Shown: one piece after another, positions 36,892-45,044 of the stretch
Numbering within the stretch: position 1 is the first letter of the stretch
Layout: each line of letters opens with the position of its first letter
Origin: Candidatus Binatia bacterium
GTDB taxonomy: Bacteria > Desulfobacterota > Binatia > UBA9968
Assembly: GCA_035762645.1 (NCBI GenBank)
Contig: DASTOD010000567.1
Location: 1 to 54,852 of the forward strand
Reading direction: 5' to 3'
DNA: 54,852 nucleotides
Notes under the pieces: generated by a model
Database searches by the model: none
What the model was told of the DNA's origin: nothing
The model's input: the letters and a program-made list of their open reading frames with translations, nothing else
Made by a program: the position numbers and the translations under genes

Positions 36892-37112
36892 AGACTTCCC
36901 GAAACCATCGGCGGTGGCTCCCAATCCCATGGGACAAAAATTTGTTTGAAATAACCGGATCGAGTATTCGACAACCACGCCCATCCCTCACGGCCATCTT
37001 CAAGGGTTACCACGACTGTACGGAAGATTTCACCATCATTCGGACCGCCAATGGCGCTCACGCTCATTTGATATTCGTCCGGGGACGCATCACGATGGCT
37101 GACAATCTTCAC
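36888..37112 (-). CDS. hypothetical protein (74 aa)
   Basis: GTG 37112 overlaps the upstream stop (GTGA), with AAGGAG 8 nt upstream. The track start at 37121 sits directly on the RBS. Confidence 0.5.
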   Translation of the reverse strand: MKIVSHRDASPDEYQMSVSAIGGPNDGEIFRTVVVTLEDGREGWAWLSNTRSGYFKQIFVPWDWEPPPMVSGSL

Positions 37113-37339
37113 GGTCGCCACTCCTTCGTGTTGGCGAGCAGTTCTAGGTCTTTTGGGTCGGTCGCGTTGCCGGTGTAGCTTTGGAAATTATCCCACTGGC
37201 CGGCACACTTGTAAACGACCCAGATCACGATGGCGTTCCAGGATTTGATGCGTCCGATTTCCGGCTGGCCTACCCCCGAAGAATAACGCACCCATCGGCC
37301 AACGTGCTCGGGTGAGAGGGATGCAATCGCAATCGGCAT
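37109..37339 (-). CDS. hypothetical protein (76 aa), first gene of the leftward operon
   Basis: ATG 37339. Divergent from the RHH gene. Confidence 0.6.
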   Translation of the reverse strand: MPIAIASLSPEHVGRWVRYSSGVGQPEIGRIKSWNAIVIWVVYKCAGQWDNFQSYTGNATDPKDLELLANTKEWRP

Positions 37340-37364
37340 GATTCAATTTTTACTTGTAAACGTT

Positions 37365-37376
37365 TTGCATCTGCAA
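37365..37376. promoter_or_regulatory. palindrome TTGCA-TC-TGCAA in the 51-bp divergent intergenic region (candidate operator)
   Basis: Read directly. The surrounding A+T-rich sequence contains TTGTAA-N18-AATAAT on the + strand and TTGCAG-N18-TAAAAA on the - strand. Confidence 0.3.
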
Positions 37377-37390
37377 GAATAATCTCTTCC

Positions 37391-37579
37391 GTGCCACGAG
37401 CCAATTACATCCGCAAACGCGATGGGGGCGGGAAAACCCTGTTCTCGGTCTGGCTGGACAGACGCTACGAAAAACCGCTCCTGAACCTTTCGCAACAATC
37501 CGGCAAATCGGTCAACACGTTGCTCGTGGAATTCTGCGAGCGCGGCGGCCTCAGAAAACTGCTCCCGAAACATGCGTGA
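37391..37579 (+). CDS. ribbon-helix-helix (Arc/CopG-like) DNA-binding protein
   Basis: GTG start. KTLFSVWLDRRYEKPLLNLSQQSGKSVNTLLVEFCERG fits a beta-strand/helix/helix pattern. Sits at a divergent junction. Confidence 0.5.
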   Translation: MPRANYIRKRDGGGKTLFSVWLDRRYEKPLLNLSQQSGKSVNTLLVEFCERGGLRKLLPKHA

Positions 37580-37887
37580 TTATGTCGAATACAACAAAGC
37601 TGGTTGATGAGTTAGCCAAGAAACTTGCGGATGATGGTAAGCTCATCGAAGCCGGATTCGCAGCACTGAGACTCACCGTGATCCCAGCCGATGCGTCGGC
37701 AATTCAAGTGCGCGAGATGCGGATGGCATTCATGGCTGGCGCGCAACACTTGTTCAGCAGTATCATATCTGTTTTGGATCCGGGATCGGAGCCGACGGAC
37801 GCCGACTTGCGACGGATGAATCTCATCAACGCTGAGCTGGAAGCATTCGTACAAGAGATGAAACTGCGCGTGGCTCCGAAAGGCTGA
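37576..37887 (+). CDS. hypothetical protein (about 101-103 aa)
   Basis: GTG 37576 (GTGA overlap) or ATG 37582. Confidence 0.6.
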   Translation: MIMSNTTKLVDELAKKLADDGKLIEAGFAALRLTVIPADASAIQVREMRMAFMAGAQHLFSSIISVLDPGSEPTDADLRRMNLINAELEAFVQEMKLRVAPKG

Positions 37888-37903
37888 TGAACTTCTAAAG
37901 ATC

Positions 37904-38209
37904 ATGATGTCACCCCGCCAACTTTTTCAGAAACAGCCGTTCGCCCGGGAACTCATGCAAGGCGTGTCGATCATGGACGTACTGGTTCAGGAGCAATTCA
38001 AGAACACGCTCTCGTATGCCCTAGCCGAGATGGCGTACCAGTATCCGTTGACAGCCGAACAGCTTTCGGGCGCCAAGATGCTCGTTCGTGAAATCCTGGC
38101 GATGCCCTACGTGCCCGAGGCCGAGGACGAGTTCAAATCGCAAACGCTGGATCAACCGCTCGACCCGAGCCAGATTCGGCAGACGATGAACGCACCAAAA
38201 GCGACGTGA
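37904..38209 (+). CDS. hypothetical protein (101 aa)
   Basis: ATG start. Coupled to the next gene. Confidence 0.6.
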   Translation: MMSPRQLFQKQPFARELMQGVSIMDVLVQEQFKNTLSYALAEMAYQYPLTAEQLSGAKMLVREILAMPYVPEAEDEFKSQTLDQPLDPSQIRQTMNAPKAT

Positions 38210-39906
38210 GTTCGATTCGTATAGGTTCAACGCGCATACCCCTGTTGGATTACGCAGTCAGTTGCAATGCGATTCTTGGAGTGCGTGACTCAGGCAAAAC
38301 AGTCACCGCCAAAGGAATCGCCGAACAACTACTGGAGGCGGGCATTCCGATTGTCGTCTTTGATGCCGTCGGCAAATGGCGCTGGATGAAAGTCCCCGGG
38401 GATGGTGACCGCGCGAAAGCGTTCAAGGTCGTCGTGGCCGGCGGTCGCGCGCCCGATCTGGCTTTGGATCCTCACAGCGTTGCAGAGATTGTGCGTTCCG
38501 CTGTTCACGAAAAGATTCCACTGATCATCGACCTGTACGATCCGAAACTGAGCAAACACGATTGGAGAAAGATCGTGCAGCAAAGCATCCGGATCATTCA
38601 CTACGAAGCCAACGGTGTTGCCCATGTGTTCCTGGAGGAGGCCGCCGAGTACATCCCGCAAAAGGTGATTGATGGGGAAACCTACGCGGAAGTCGAGAAA
38701 CTGGCGCGCATGGGTGGAAACGCCTCAGTGGGTCTGACGCTCATCAACCAGCGATCGCAGGAAGTAAACAAGGCTGTCCTGGACCTCTCACACAATCTCA
38801 TCCTCGGTTGCCAGATCGGCAACAAGGCGATCGAGGCAGTTGAGAAATGGGTTGACCGTCTGTCGCCCGAGACGGCCGAGGAGTTGACGACATCGCTGCC
38901 GCATCTCAAGTCGGGCGAATGCTGGGTGTGGGTGCGGGAACGTCCAGATGCACCGACGCGTGAGAAGATTCCCATGTGTCGTTCGTTCCATCCAGATCGC
39001 CGCACGCCCGAAGTCGTCCTGCAATCGGTGAAGCCGGTTGATCCGGATGAATTCGTTCAACGTTTGCAGACGGCGATTCCGAAGCTGATCGAGGAAGCAA
39101 AGGCGAACGATCCATCCGAACTCAAAAAGATGATCGCGAAGCTGAAGCGTGAACTGGCCAGCCGTCCTTCTGAGACTAAAGAAGTTCCGATTTTGAGCGA
39201 GAAAGACCTCACAGCCCTAGATCGGGCTGTGACTCTGGTGGACGGCATGTTCGCTGCAATCCAGTGCGCCACGGATAAAGCCGAACGGTCCGCACAAGAT
39301 GTCAAAGCTCTCTTCGACAAATTGCTGCCGAAACTGGCAACGGTTCATTCGAACCCATCAAGGGTTACGAATAAAGGAGTGGCCGTGCGCAGCGCAGCGA
39401 CGATTGTTCGACGCGCGCCGGCCGCTCCCGCGCAGTCAAACGGCACACTTGGCAATCCGGAGCGCCGTGTCCTAGCTGTGCTCGCGCAGTACGAGGATTG
39501 CGAGATCCACAAAATCGCACTGCTGAGTGGCTACCGGGTTAGCGGAGGATTCAGAAATATCCTCTCCTCTCTGCGAACTGCAGGACTCATCGAAGGAGAA
39601 AATACCGGACTGATGCGAATTACTCGAGAGGGATTGTCTCACGGACCATTTGAATCATTGCCCGAACCTGGTGAGGAATTCGTCACGTTCTGGCTCAATC
39701 ACCCGCGGCTTGGCAGTCCGGAAAAACGCGTGCTCTCTGCATTGATTGATCACCCGAAAGGTTTGACCATTGAGGAACTGGCGGACGCGACTGACTATAC
39801 CGTCTCTGGTGGATTCCGGAACATCCTGAGCACCCTCCGGACAGCCAATTTGCTCGTCGGTAAGAACACGCAGAAAATGGTCGCCGCGCCTGAGTTTTTC
39901 GGATAA
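38206..39906 (+). CDS. HerA/DUF87-like P-loop ATPase with two C-terminal winged-helix repeats
   Basis: GTGA overlap. Walker A is GVRDSGKT and Walker B-like is HVFLEEAAEYIPQ. The C-terminal duplicated units are Y(R/T)VSGGFRNILS(S/T)LRTA(G/N)L. Confidence 0.7.
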   Translation: MSSIRIGSTRIPLLDYAVSCNAILGVRDSGKTVTAKGIAEQLLEAGIPIVVFDAVGKWRWMKVPGDGDRAKAFKVVVAGGRAPDLALDPHSVAEIVRSAVHEKIPLIIDLYDPKLSKHDWRKIVQQSIRIIHYEANGVAHVFLEEAAEYIPQKVIDGETYAEVEKLARMGGNASVGLTLINQRSQEVNKAVLDLSHNLILGCQIGNKAIEAVEKWVDRLSPETAEELTTSLPHLKSGECWVWVRERPDAPTREKIPMCRSFHPDRRTPEVVLQSVKPVDPDEFVQRLQTAIPKLIEEAKANDPSELKKMIAKLKRELASRPSETKEVPILSEKDLTALDRAVTLVDGMFAAIQCATDKAERSAQDVKALFDKLLPKLATVHSNPSRVTNKGVAVRSAATIVRRAPAAPAQSNGTLGNPERRVLAVLAQYEDCEIHKIALLSGYRVSGGFRNILSSLRTAGLIEGENTGLMRITREGLSHGPFESLPEPGEEFVTFWLNHPRLGSPEKRVLSALIDHPKGLTIEELADATDYTVSGGFRNILSTLRTANLLVGKNTQKMVAAPEFFG

Positions 39907-39919
39907 CCACAGGAAATCT

Positions 39920-41200
39920 ATGCCAGCCGCAACTGAAGCCCCTCCAGCCCCGTCCACCACGACTCCAGCGCCATCCCCTGATGCTGGCGCCGGCGCTCAA
40001 CCTGTTCAGATGCCAGCGGCAGCCGGCGCACCGGATACGCCGGATCCAGATTCATTTTTCAATACGCTTGACGGAGGGGAGACATCACCCGAAGCGGGCG
40101 CCGGCGCTCCCGATGGTGGCGAGAAGCCGCCCGGCGAAAAGCCCGCTGCCAGGACTCCTCCTGCACCGGCAAAGCCAGCCCCAAAGTCGGGGGAGAAGCC
40201 TGCGCCGGCCGCTGGTGAAAAGCCGAAGCCGGCCGCGGCTGCTCCTGTTCCGGGGAGTCCAAAGGAACTGCGCGTCGCGTATGAGCGAAGCCAAAACGAG
40301 TTGAAGGCCGCCAATGCGGAGAAAGTCCGTCTGCTGCAACAGGTCGAAACGCTCAGGAAAACTCCTCAATCCAACCCGGCCGAATTGCAGGCCGTGACTC
40401 AGCAGTTGGCTCAGGAACAGAAAGCGCGCCAAGATCTCGAAACGGAATTGAAGTATTTGCGCTATGAGCATTCGGAGGAGTACAAGCAGAAGTACGAGCA
40501 GCCGTGGAACGCCGCCCAAAAGCGCGCCTTTGATACGGTCAAAGACCTCATGGTCAAAGTCCAGGGCGCGGATGGGACCGTGAGCGAACGGAACGCGACC
40601 GCGGCAGATTTTCACACGGTGTTCAATCTCCCCGAAGGGGCGGCGTGGCGCAAGGCCCGGGAATTGTTTGGAGAGGACGCTCCCGTCGTGATGACTCACT
40701 ACACGAAGCTGAATGAAATCCTCACGGCCTCTCGCGAAGACATCAATAAATATCGAACCGAGGGGGCTGAGCGCGACAAACAGGAAGCCGCTCGCAAGGC
40801 ACAGGAAAAGCAAGCCGATGCGGCCATGGGGCGAAAGGCCGATGAGGCGTACCTGAATCATGCGAAGTGGGGACCGCACTTCAAGCCGGTCGAAGGCGAT
40901 GAAGCCGGCAACAAGGATCTGGAGATGGGATTCAGGCGGGCGAATGTTGACCTGGACACGTTGAGCCCGGGTAATCGCGCGCTGGCAAAGTCGTGGCTGA
41001 AACACGCCGCGGCAGCTTTCCCGCGGCTGGTGTCGAAGGTGACCGCTTACGAGGCGCGCATCGCCGATCTGGAAGCCAAACTCAAGGAGTTCGAAGATTC
41101 CGGACCTGGACCCGGCGAGGAAGCCGGCGGCGGCCGACCGCCCCAGGCCAATGATCGCGAAACGGATCCTCTCAAGGCGCTGGATCGAGCCCTCGGATAG
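39920..41200 (+). CDS. Pro/Ala/Lys-rich low-complexity plus coiled-coil protein
   Basis: AGGAA RBS. The N-terminal ~110 aa contain GEKP repeats. The rest is charged and helical. Confidence 0.6.
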   Translation: MPAATEAPPAPSTTTPAPSPDAGAGAQPVQMPAAAGAPDTPDPDSFFNTLDGGETSPEAGAGAPDGGEKPPGEKPAARTPPAPAKPAPKSGEKPAPAAGEKPKPAAAAPVPGSPKELRVAYERSQNELKAANAEKVRLLQQVETLRKTPQSNPAELQAVTQQLAQEQKARQDLETELKYLRYEHSEEYKQKYEQPWNAAQKRAFDTVKDLMVKVQGADGTVSERNATAADFHTVFNLPEGAAWRKARELFGEDAPVVMTHYTKLNEILTASREDINKYRTEGAERDKQEAARKAQEKQADAAMGRKADEAYLNHAKWGPHFKPVEGDEAGNKDLEMGFRRANVDLDTLSPGNRALAKSWLKHAAAAFPRLVSKVTAYEARIADLEAKLKEFEDSGPGPGEEAGGGRPPQANDRETDPLKALDRALG

Positions 41201-41252
41201 AACATAATAATTTGTTTGACACATTGGAGCGCCTGGCCGATTCTCTCCGCTC

Positions 41253-41546
41253 GTGAACGCGCGTGCTCGCAAGACCTATCTCAAACGGCTGAACGCCCTG
41301 CGCGAACGCGGTCACCGCAATTCTCAGTCGGTCGACGTGGTGTTGCGTCCATCGGATCGTCTGCTCAAGCTGATTGCCCAGTTCGACACGTTGAATGCTG
41401 CGGCCTGCGAATGGGGTCTGGCGTCTCCGACCCTAGAACGTTTCGTCAACGGACGTCATGGCATCAGCGGCAACACCGTGGCGAAGATCCTCGTGAAGAC
41501 GGGACTCAGGTACGACGAGGCGTTCGTGCATGTGAAGGGAGTCTGA
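41253..41546 (+). CDS. small HTH-type DNA-binding protein
   Basis: GTG start. ACEWGLASPTLERFVNGRHGISGNTVAKIL resembles a Cro/C1-type HTH. Confidence 0.45.
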   Translation: MNARARKTYLKRLNALRERGHRNSQSVDVVLRPSDRLLKLIAQFDTLNAAACEWGLASPTLERFVNGRHGISGNTVAKILVKTGLRYDEAFVHVKGV

Positions 41547-42661
41547 TGGGCGAAGGAACTAGCATTCAGTGGGCGGATGACACGCACAACTTCTGGCGGA
41601 TCTGCACCAAGGTCAGTCCGGGTTGCAAAAATTGCTATGCCGAAACCCTGCTCAAGAATCGTCGCGGTGAGAAATGGGGCAAAGGCGCACCGCGCATCCG
41701 ACTCAAGGCTTTCGACGCACCGATCCGATGGAATAAGAAGCCCTGGGTGTGCGACCTATGCGGCTCGCGAAGTGCCGCCAATCGCCGCGACAATGGGAGT
41801 TGTCTGAACCCCTTGTGTCCTTACCGGGATGGATCAGCGGGCAGCTTTCATCGCCGCCGCGTTTTCTCGCTGTCGCTCGGCGACTGGCTCGATGAGGAGG
41901 TTCCGATTGAGTGGCTGGCGGACATGCTCAACGTGATTCACCAATGCCCGAACTTGGATTTTCTGCTGCTGACGAAGCGCCCTGAGAATTGGTCGCCACG
42001 AATGGAGTCTATTCGCCTTCATGGGCTTGATCAGAAATGGGTCAGCACGAAATGGGACATGGAGAATCAGCCTCCGCACAACGTTTGGATCGGCGTCTCG
42101 GTCGAGGATCAGCAACGTGCGGACGAACGGATTCCGCAACTGCTGAAGATTCCGGCGCGCATTCGGTTCCTGAGTGTCGAGCCGCTGCTGGGGCCAGTGC
42201 GGTTGGATTTCGAGTGGCGTAACGATTTGCAGCGATGGGATTCAGCCGGGCGCGAACTCGAACCGCGTAGGATCGACTGGGTGATCGTCGGGGGCGAGAG
42301 TGGTCCCGGCGCGCGCCCATGCAAAGTTGATTGGATCAGAAGCGTCCGCGACCAATGCAAAGCAGCCGGTGTTCCAATGTTCGTGAAACAGTTGGGATCC
42401 AATCCTCACCGCAATGGCGAAGACGAATCGGAAACTACTATCCTACTTGATCACAAAAAGGGTGGTGACATCTCCGAGTGGGCCGAGGATTTACGCATTC
42501 GAGAATTTCCATACCAACCAATGAGAGACGCGAATCCTAGGCATCTTCGCGTCACGTCCGGCGAGGCTATGGTCCGTGGTCGTTCGGCCTGCGCTGGGAA
42601 CTTGATAGACGGGGACTCGCTCGATCACGGCGGGCGAGCCCCGAAGGCGGAAAACTTATGA
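41546..42661 (+). CDS. phage Gp37/Gp68 family (DUF5131) protein
   Basis: ATG 41546 overlaps the upstream TGA. The N-terminus (TSIQWADDTHNFWRICTKVSPGCKNCYAE) and later GGESGPGARP...WIRSVRDQC...GVPMFVKQLG are the family signature. Confidence 0.8.
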   Translation: MGEGTSIQWADDTHNFWRICTKVSPGCKNCYAETLLKNRRGEKWGKGAPRIRLKAFDAPIRWNKKPWVCDLCGSRSAANRRDNGSCLNPLCPYRDGSAGSFHRRRVFSLSLGDWLDEEVPIEWLADMLNVIHQCPNLDFLLLTKRPENWSPRMESIRLHGLDQKWVSTKWDMENQPPHNVWIGVSVEDQQRADERIPQLLKIPARIRFLSVEPLLGPVRLDFEWRNDLQRWDSAGRELEPRRIDWVIVGGESGPGARPCKVDWIRSVRDQCKAAGVPMFVKQLGSNPHRNGEDESETTILLDHKKGGDISEWAEDLRIREFPYQPMRDANPRHLRVTSGEAMVRGRSACAGNLIDGDSLDHGGRAPKAENL

Positions 42662-43680
42662 GCAACCAAACCCAGGCCATCACCAAACCCGAAGCCGGCA
42701 CACTGGAATACGTTCCCTTCGGTTCGCAGGACAAAATCAAACTCAACGTCAAGATCGTTCAGGACTTGATCGCCGTTCCGACGAAGTCCGGCAAAACCTG
42801 TTCGCAACGTGACGCCCTCAAGTTCATGGCCATGTGTCAGGCCAAACGACTCAATCCCTTTGAGGGTGATTCGTACCTCATCGGGTATGACACACAAAAC
42901 GGACCCGAGTTCAGTTTGATTACTGCCCATCAGGCGTTTCTGAAACGCGCGGAGATTCATCCCGAGTACGACGGGATGCGGTCCGGAATAATTCTTCTGA
43001 CCCAAGAGGGTGTTCTCGTGGACCGTGAGGGTGACTTCCACTTGCAAAATGAAAACGTCGTCGGCGGATGGGCGACGGTCTTCTTCAAAAACCGGAAGTA
43101 TCCGACAACTCGAAGGATCCGGCTCGAGCGGTTCAACAAGGGTTTCGCGCAGTGGAAGGTCGATCCGGCTGGTATGATCGTAAAATGCGCAGAAAGTGAC
43201 GCACTCCGATCTTCATTTCCGACGATGTTGGGTGGTCTGTATCTGCGCGAGGAAGTAAGTGCGTTTATCGACGGTGCGGCCGGTGCCGGTCCGTCGATCG
43301 AGATTGCGGAGTCACGATTGATTCCGCCTCCCAAACCAAAGGATTCGGCGGAACCAAAGCAGTCCGGTGGGGCTGCCGCGGAACAGCCGGAGCCGACTCC
43401 CGCGACTGCCGCTTCGGAGTCTTCCTCTCACCCCACAGAGGGCGACGGTCCGGGGGTCATTCCTTTGGAGCACGGGGACGGCGAAGACCCGACGGCGCTC
43501 ATCCGAATCATCATGACGAACGCGAGCGATCACGACATCACCGAGGCGAGCATCATGCAGTGGGCGGCGGCGGCGAAGATGGCCACGCCCAAACAGAAAC
43601 AGTTGAGCGACCTCGCTGCGCACAAGCTGCGCACCATCTGCGAGCAGTGGCCAACCGTGGTCAAAGACATCAACGGATGA
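42658..43680 (+). CDS. recT: RecT/Bet-family single-strand annealing protein
   Basis: ATGA overlap. ...FMAMCQAKRLNPFEGDSYLIGYD...ITAHQAFLKRAE...VKCAESDALRSSFP matches RecT features. Confidence 0.8.
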   Translation: MSNQTQAITKPEAGTLEYVPFGSQDKIKLNVKIVQDLIAVPTKSGKTCSQRDALKFMAMCQAKRLNPFEGDSYLIGYDTQNGPEFSLITAHQAFLKRAEIHPEYDGMRSGIILLTQEGVLVDREGDFHLQNENVVGGWATVFFKNRKYPTTRRIRLERFNKGFAQWKVDPAGMIVKCAESDALRSSFPTMLGGLYLREEVSAFIDGAAGAGPSIEIAESRLIPPPKPKDSAEPKQSGGAAAEQPEPTPATAASESSSHPTEGDGPGVIPLEHGDGEDPTALIRIIMTNASDHDITEASIMQWAAAAKMATPKQKQLSDLAAHKLRTICEQWPTVVKDING

Positions 43681-43683
43681 TGA

Positions 43684-44817
43684 ATGAGGCATCTGGATCT
43701 GTTCACTGGGATTGGCGGCTTCACGATCGCGGCCGAGTCCGTCGGATTTGAAACCGTTGCGTTCAGCGAGATCCACAAGGACAAGTGCATCGTTTTGAAA
43801 CATTACTGGCCGCACGTGCCGAATCTCGGAGACATCTGTGATGAGCACTTCCTTGAGCGAGCCAGAGCGATTGAACCGTTTGATCTCGTTACGGGCGGCG
43901 TTCCTTGCCAGCCTGCGAGCGCGCTCGGACAAATGCGCGGTGCTTCTGACGAACGCTGGCTCTGGCCCGAATTTGTCAGAGTGGTACGCACGTTTCGACC
44001 CAGAGTGGCGGTCGCTGAAAACCCGCCAAGTGTCCTTGTTCTGCCGGAATTCCACGGAGTCCTTGGAGAGATTGCCGCGCTCGGGTATGATCTGTTGTGG
44101 GATGTTATTCCCGCTGCCGCGTTTGGTGCAGGGCATCTCCGAGAACGCGTGTTCATTGTCGCTGCCGACGCCCGTCGCTGCCGACGGCAAACGCGGACCG
44201 GATTATGCACGGTCGAACCGACCGGAGAAAAGCGGCGACGATCTGGTGACCCGGATGGCGAAACTTCTGCCAACTCCAACGGCCAACGACGGAGTGAAGA
44301 GGGGCGACGCCTATCTATTCGAGAAACGGACAGAAAAGGGCAAATGGAATCCCTGCGACAATCTTCCGAGATCAATCGCGAAGCAGTTGCTTCCAACACC
44401 GACCACCCGCGATTACAAGGACACGCCGGGGATGCTGTTCGAGACGAAGGACAGAAGCAGGAACGATCAGTTGCCGAGACGGGTATTCAAGACGCTGTTG
44501 CCGACGCCGAATACTTGGGATCACAAAATAGGATACAGCGACGCGATAAACAGGCGGGAGCCGAAACTCAAGATGCGTGGCTACACGGCAACGAGACCGT
44601 TGGCGAATCGCATCATCGAGAAGCAACACTCCCAGACCTGCGGGGCCGTGTCACCGGCCCGGACTGGTGGCATGAAGCTCACACCGGAATTCCTGTGCTG
44701 GCTCCAGGGATTCCCGGTCGATTGGCTGAAGCCGTTAGTCTCTGCGTTGGCGACTCGGTCGTCCCGCAAGTCGCCGCGGCGGTCCTCCAGCCCATCTACG
44801 AAATGCTGAAGCGATGA
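43684..44817 (+). CDS. DNA (cytosine-5) methyltransferase; 'frame A', the full-length ORF
   Basis: Motif I is DLFTGIGGF, IV is GGVPCQ, VI is AENP and VIII is GAGHLRERVFIV. The C-terminus is WW.E...GIPVLAPGIPGRL....VGDSVVPQVAAAV (motif X-like). The central ~190 codons are an R/E/Q/G-rich stretch with low third-position G+C. Confidence 0.75.
   Translation: MRHLDLFTGIGGFTIAAESVGFETVAFSEIHKDKCIVLKHYWPHVPNLGDICDEHFLERARAIEPFDLVTGGVPCQPASALGQMRGASDERWLWPEFVRVVRTFRPRVAVAENPPSVLVLPEFHGVLGEIAALGYDLLWDVIPAAAFGAGHLRERVFIVAADARRCRRQTRTGLCTVEPTGEKRRRSGDPDGETSANSNGQRRSEEGRRLSIRETDRKGQMESLRQSSEINREAVASNTDHPRLQGHAGDAVRDEGQKQERSVAETGIQDAVADAEYLGSQNRIQRRDKQAGAETQDAWLHGNETVGESHHREATLPDLRGRVTGPDWWHEAHTGIPVLAPGIPGRLAEAVSLCVGDSVVPQVAAAVLQPIYEMLKR
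43838..44809 (+). CDS. nested +1-frame ORF ('frame B', 323 codons) carrying LPTP repeats and a motif IX-like segment
   Basis: Open from 43799 (first start GTG 43838, ATG 43841) to 44809. Contains LPTPVAADGKRG, LLPTPTANDGVKRG, LLPTPTTRDYKD, LLPTPNTWDHK and LTPEFLCWLQGFPVDW. Third-position G+C is about 72-76% by hand count. It is unresolved whether this is a separate product, a frameshifted part of the methyltransferase, or neither. Confidence 0.35.
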   Translation: MMSTSLSEPERLNRLISLRAAFLASLRARSDKCAVLLTNAGSGPNLSEWYARFDPEWRSLKTRQVSLFCRNSTESLERLPRSGMICCGMLFPLPRLVQGISENACSLSLPTPVAADGKRGPDYARSNRPEKSGDDLVTRMAKLLPTPTANDGVKRGDAYLFEKRTEKGKWNPCDNLPRSIAKQLLPTPTTRDYKDTPGMLFETKDRSRNDQLPRRVFKTLLPTPNTWDHKIGYSDAINRREPKLKMRGYTATRPLANRIIEKQHSQTCGAVSPARTGGMKLTPEFLCWLQGFPVDWLKPLVSALATRSSRKSPRRSSSPSTKC

Positions 44818-44843
44818 ACGATCAAGAAACAGAGTGAAGAGAA

Positions 44844-45044
44844 ATGGAGCGAAGAGCCAACGCGAGAATCGTGCGACTGGCGCTGCGTCTCTTCCGGAAA
44901 AAAGACAAATTTGTTGGTGTGCAATTCAAAAGCCATGCCGCTGCCGCGGATGCCTGGTGCGCTTTTGTGAACCAGATGCACGTGCCGGTGCAGGATTTGA
45001 ACGACGTGAAACGCTGGAGATTGGAACGCAAAACCAAAGTATGA
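44844..45044 (+). CDS. hypothetical protein (66 aa)
   Basis: ATG start. Its stop overlaps the ATG of the next gene (ATGA). Confidence 0.5.
   Translation: MERRANARIVRLALRLFRKKDKFVGVQFKSHAAAADAWCAFVNQMHVPVQDLNDVKRWRLERKTKV

Noticed and set aside
41216-41545. Upstream extension of the Gp37/Gp68 ORF (track start 41216), and similarly 44834 for the exonuclease, 2266 for the 2581 gene and 24500 for the 24572 gene.
   Set aside because: The extensions overlap better-supported upstream genes in another frame. The family-typical N-termini begin at the internal ATGs, which overlap the upstream stops.
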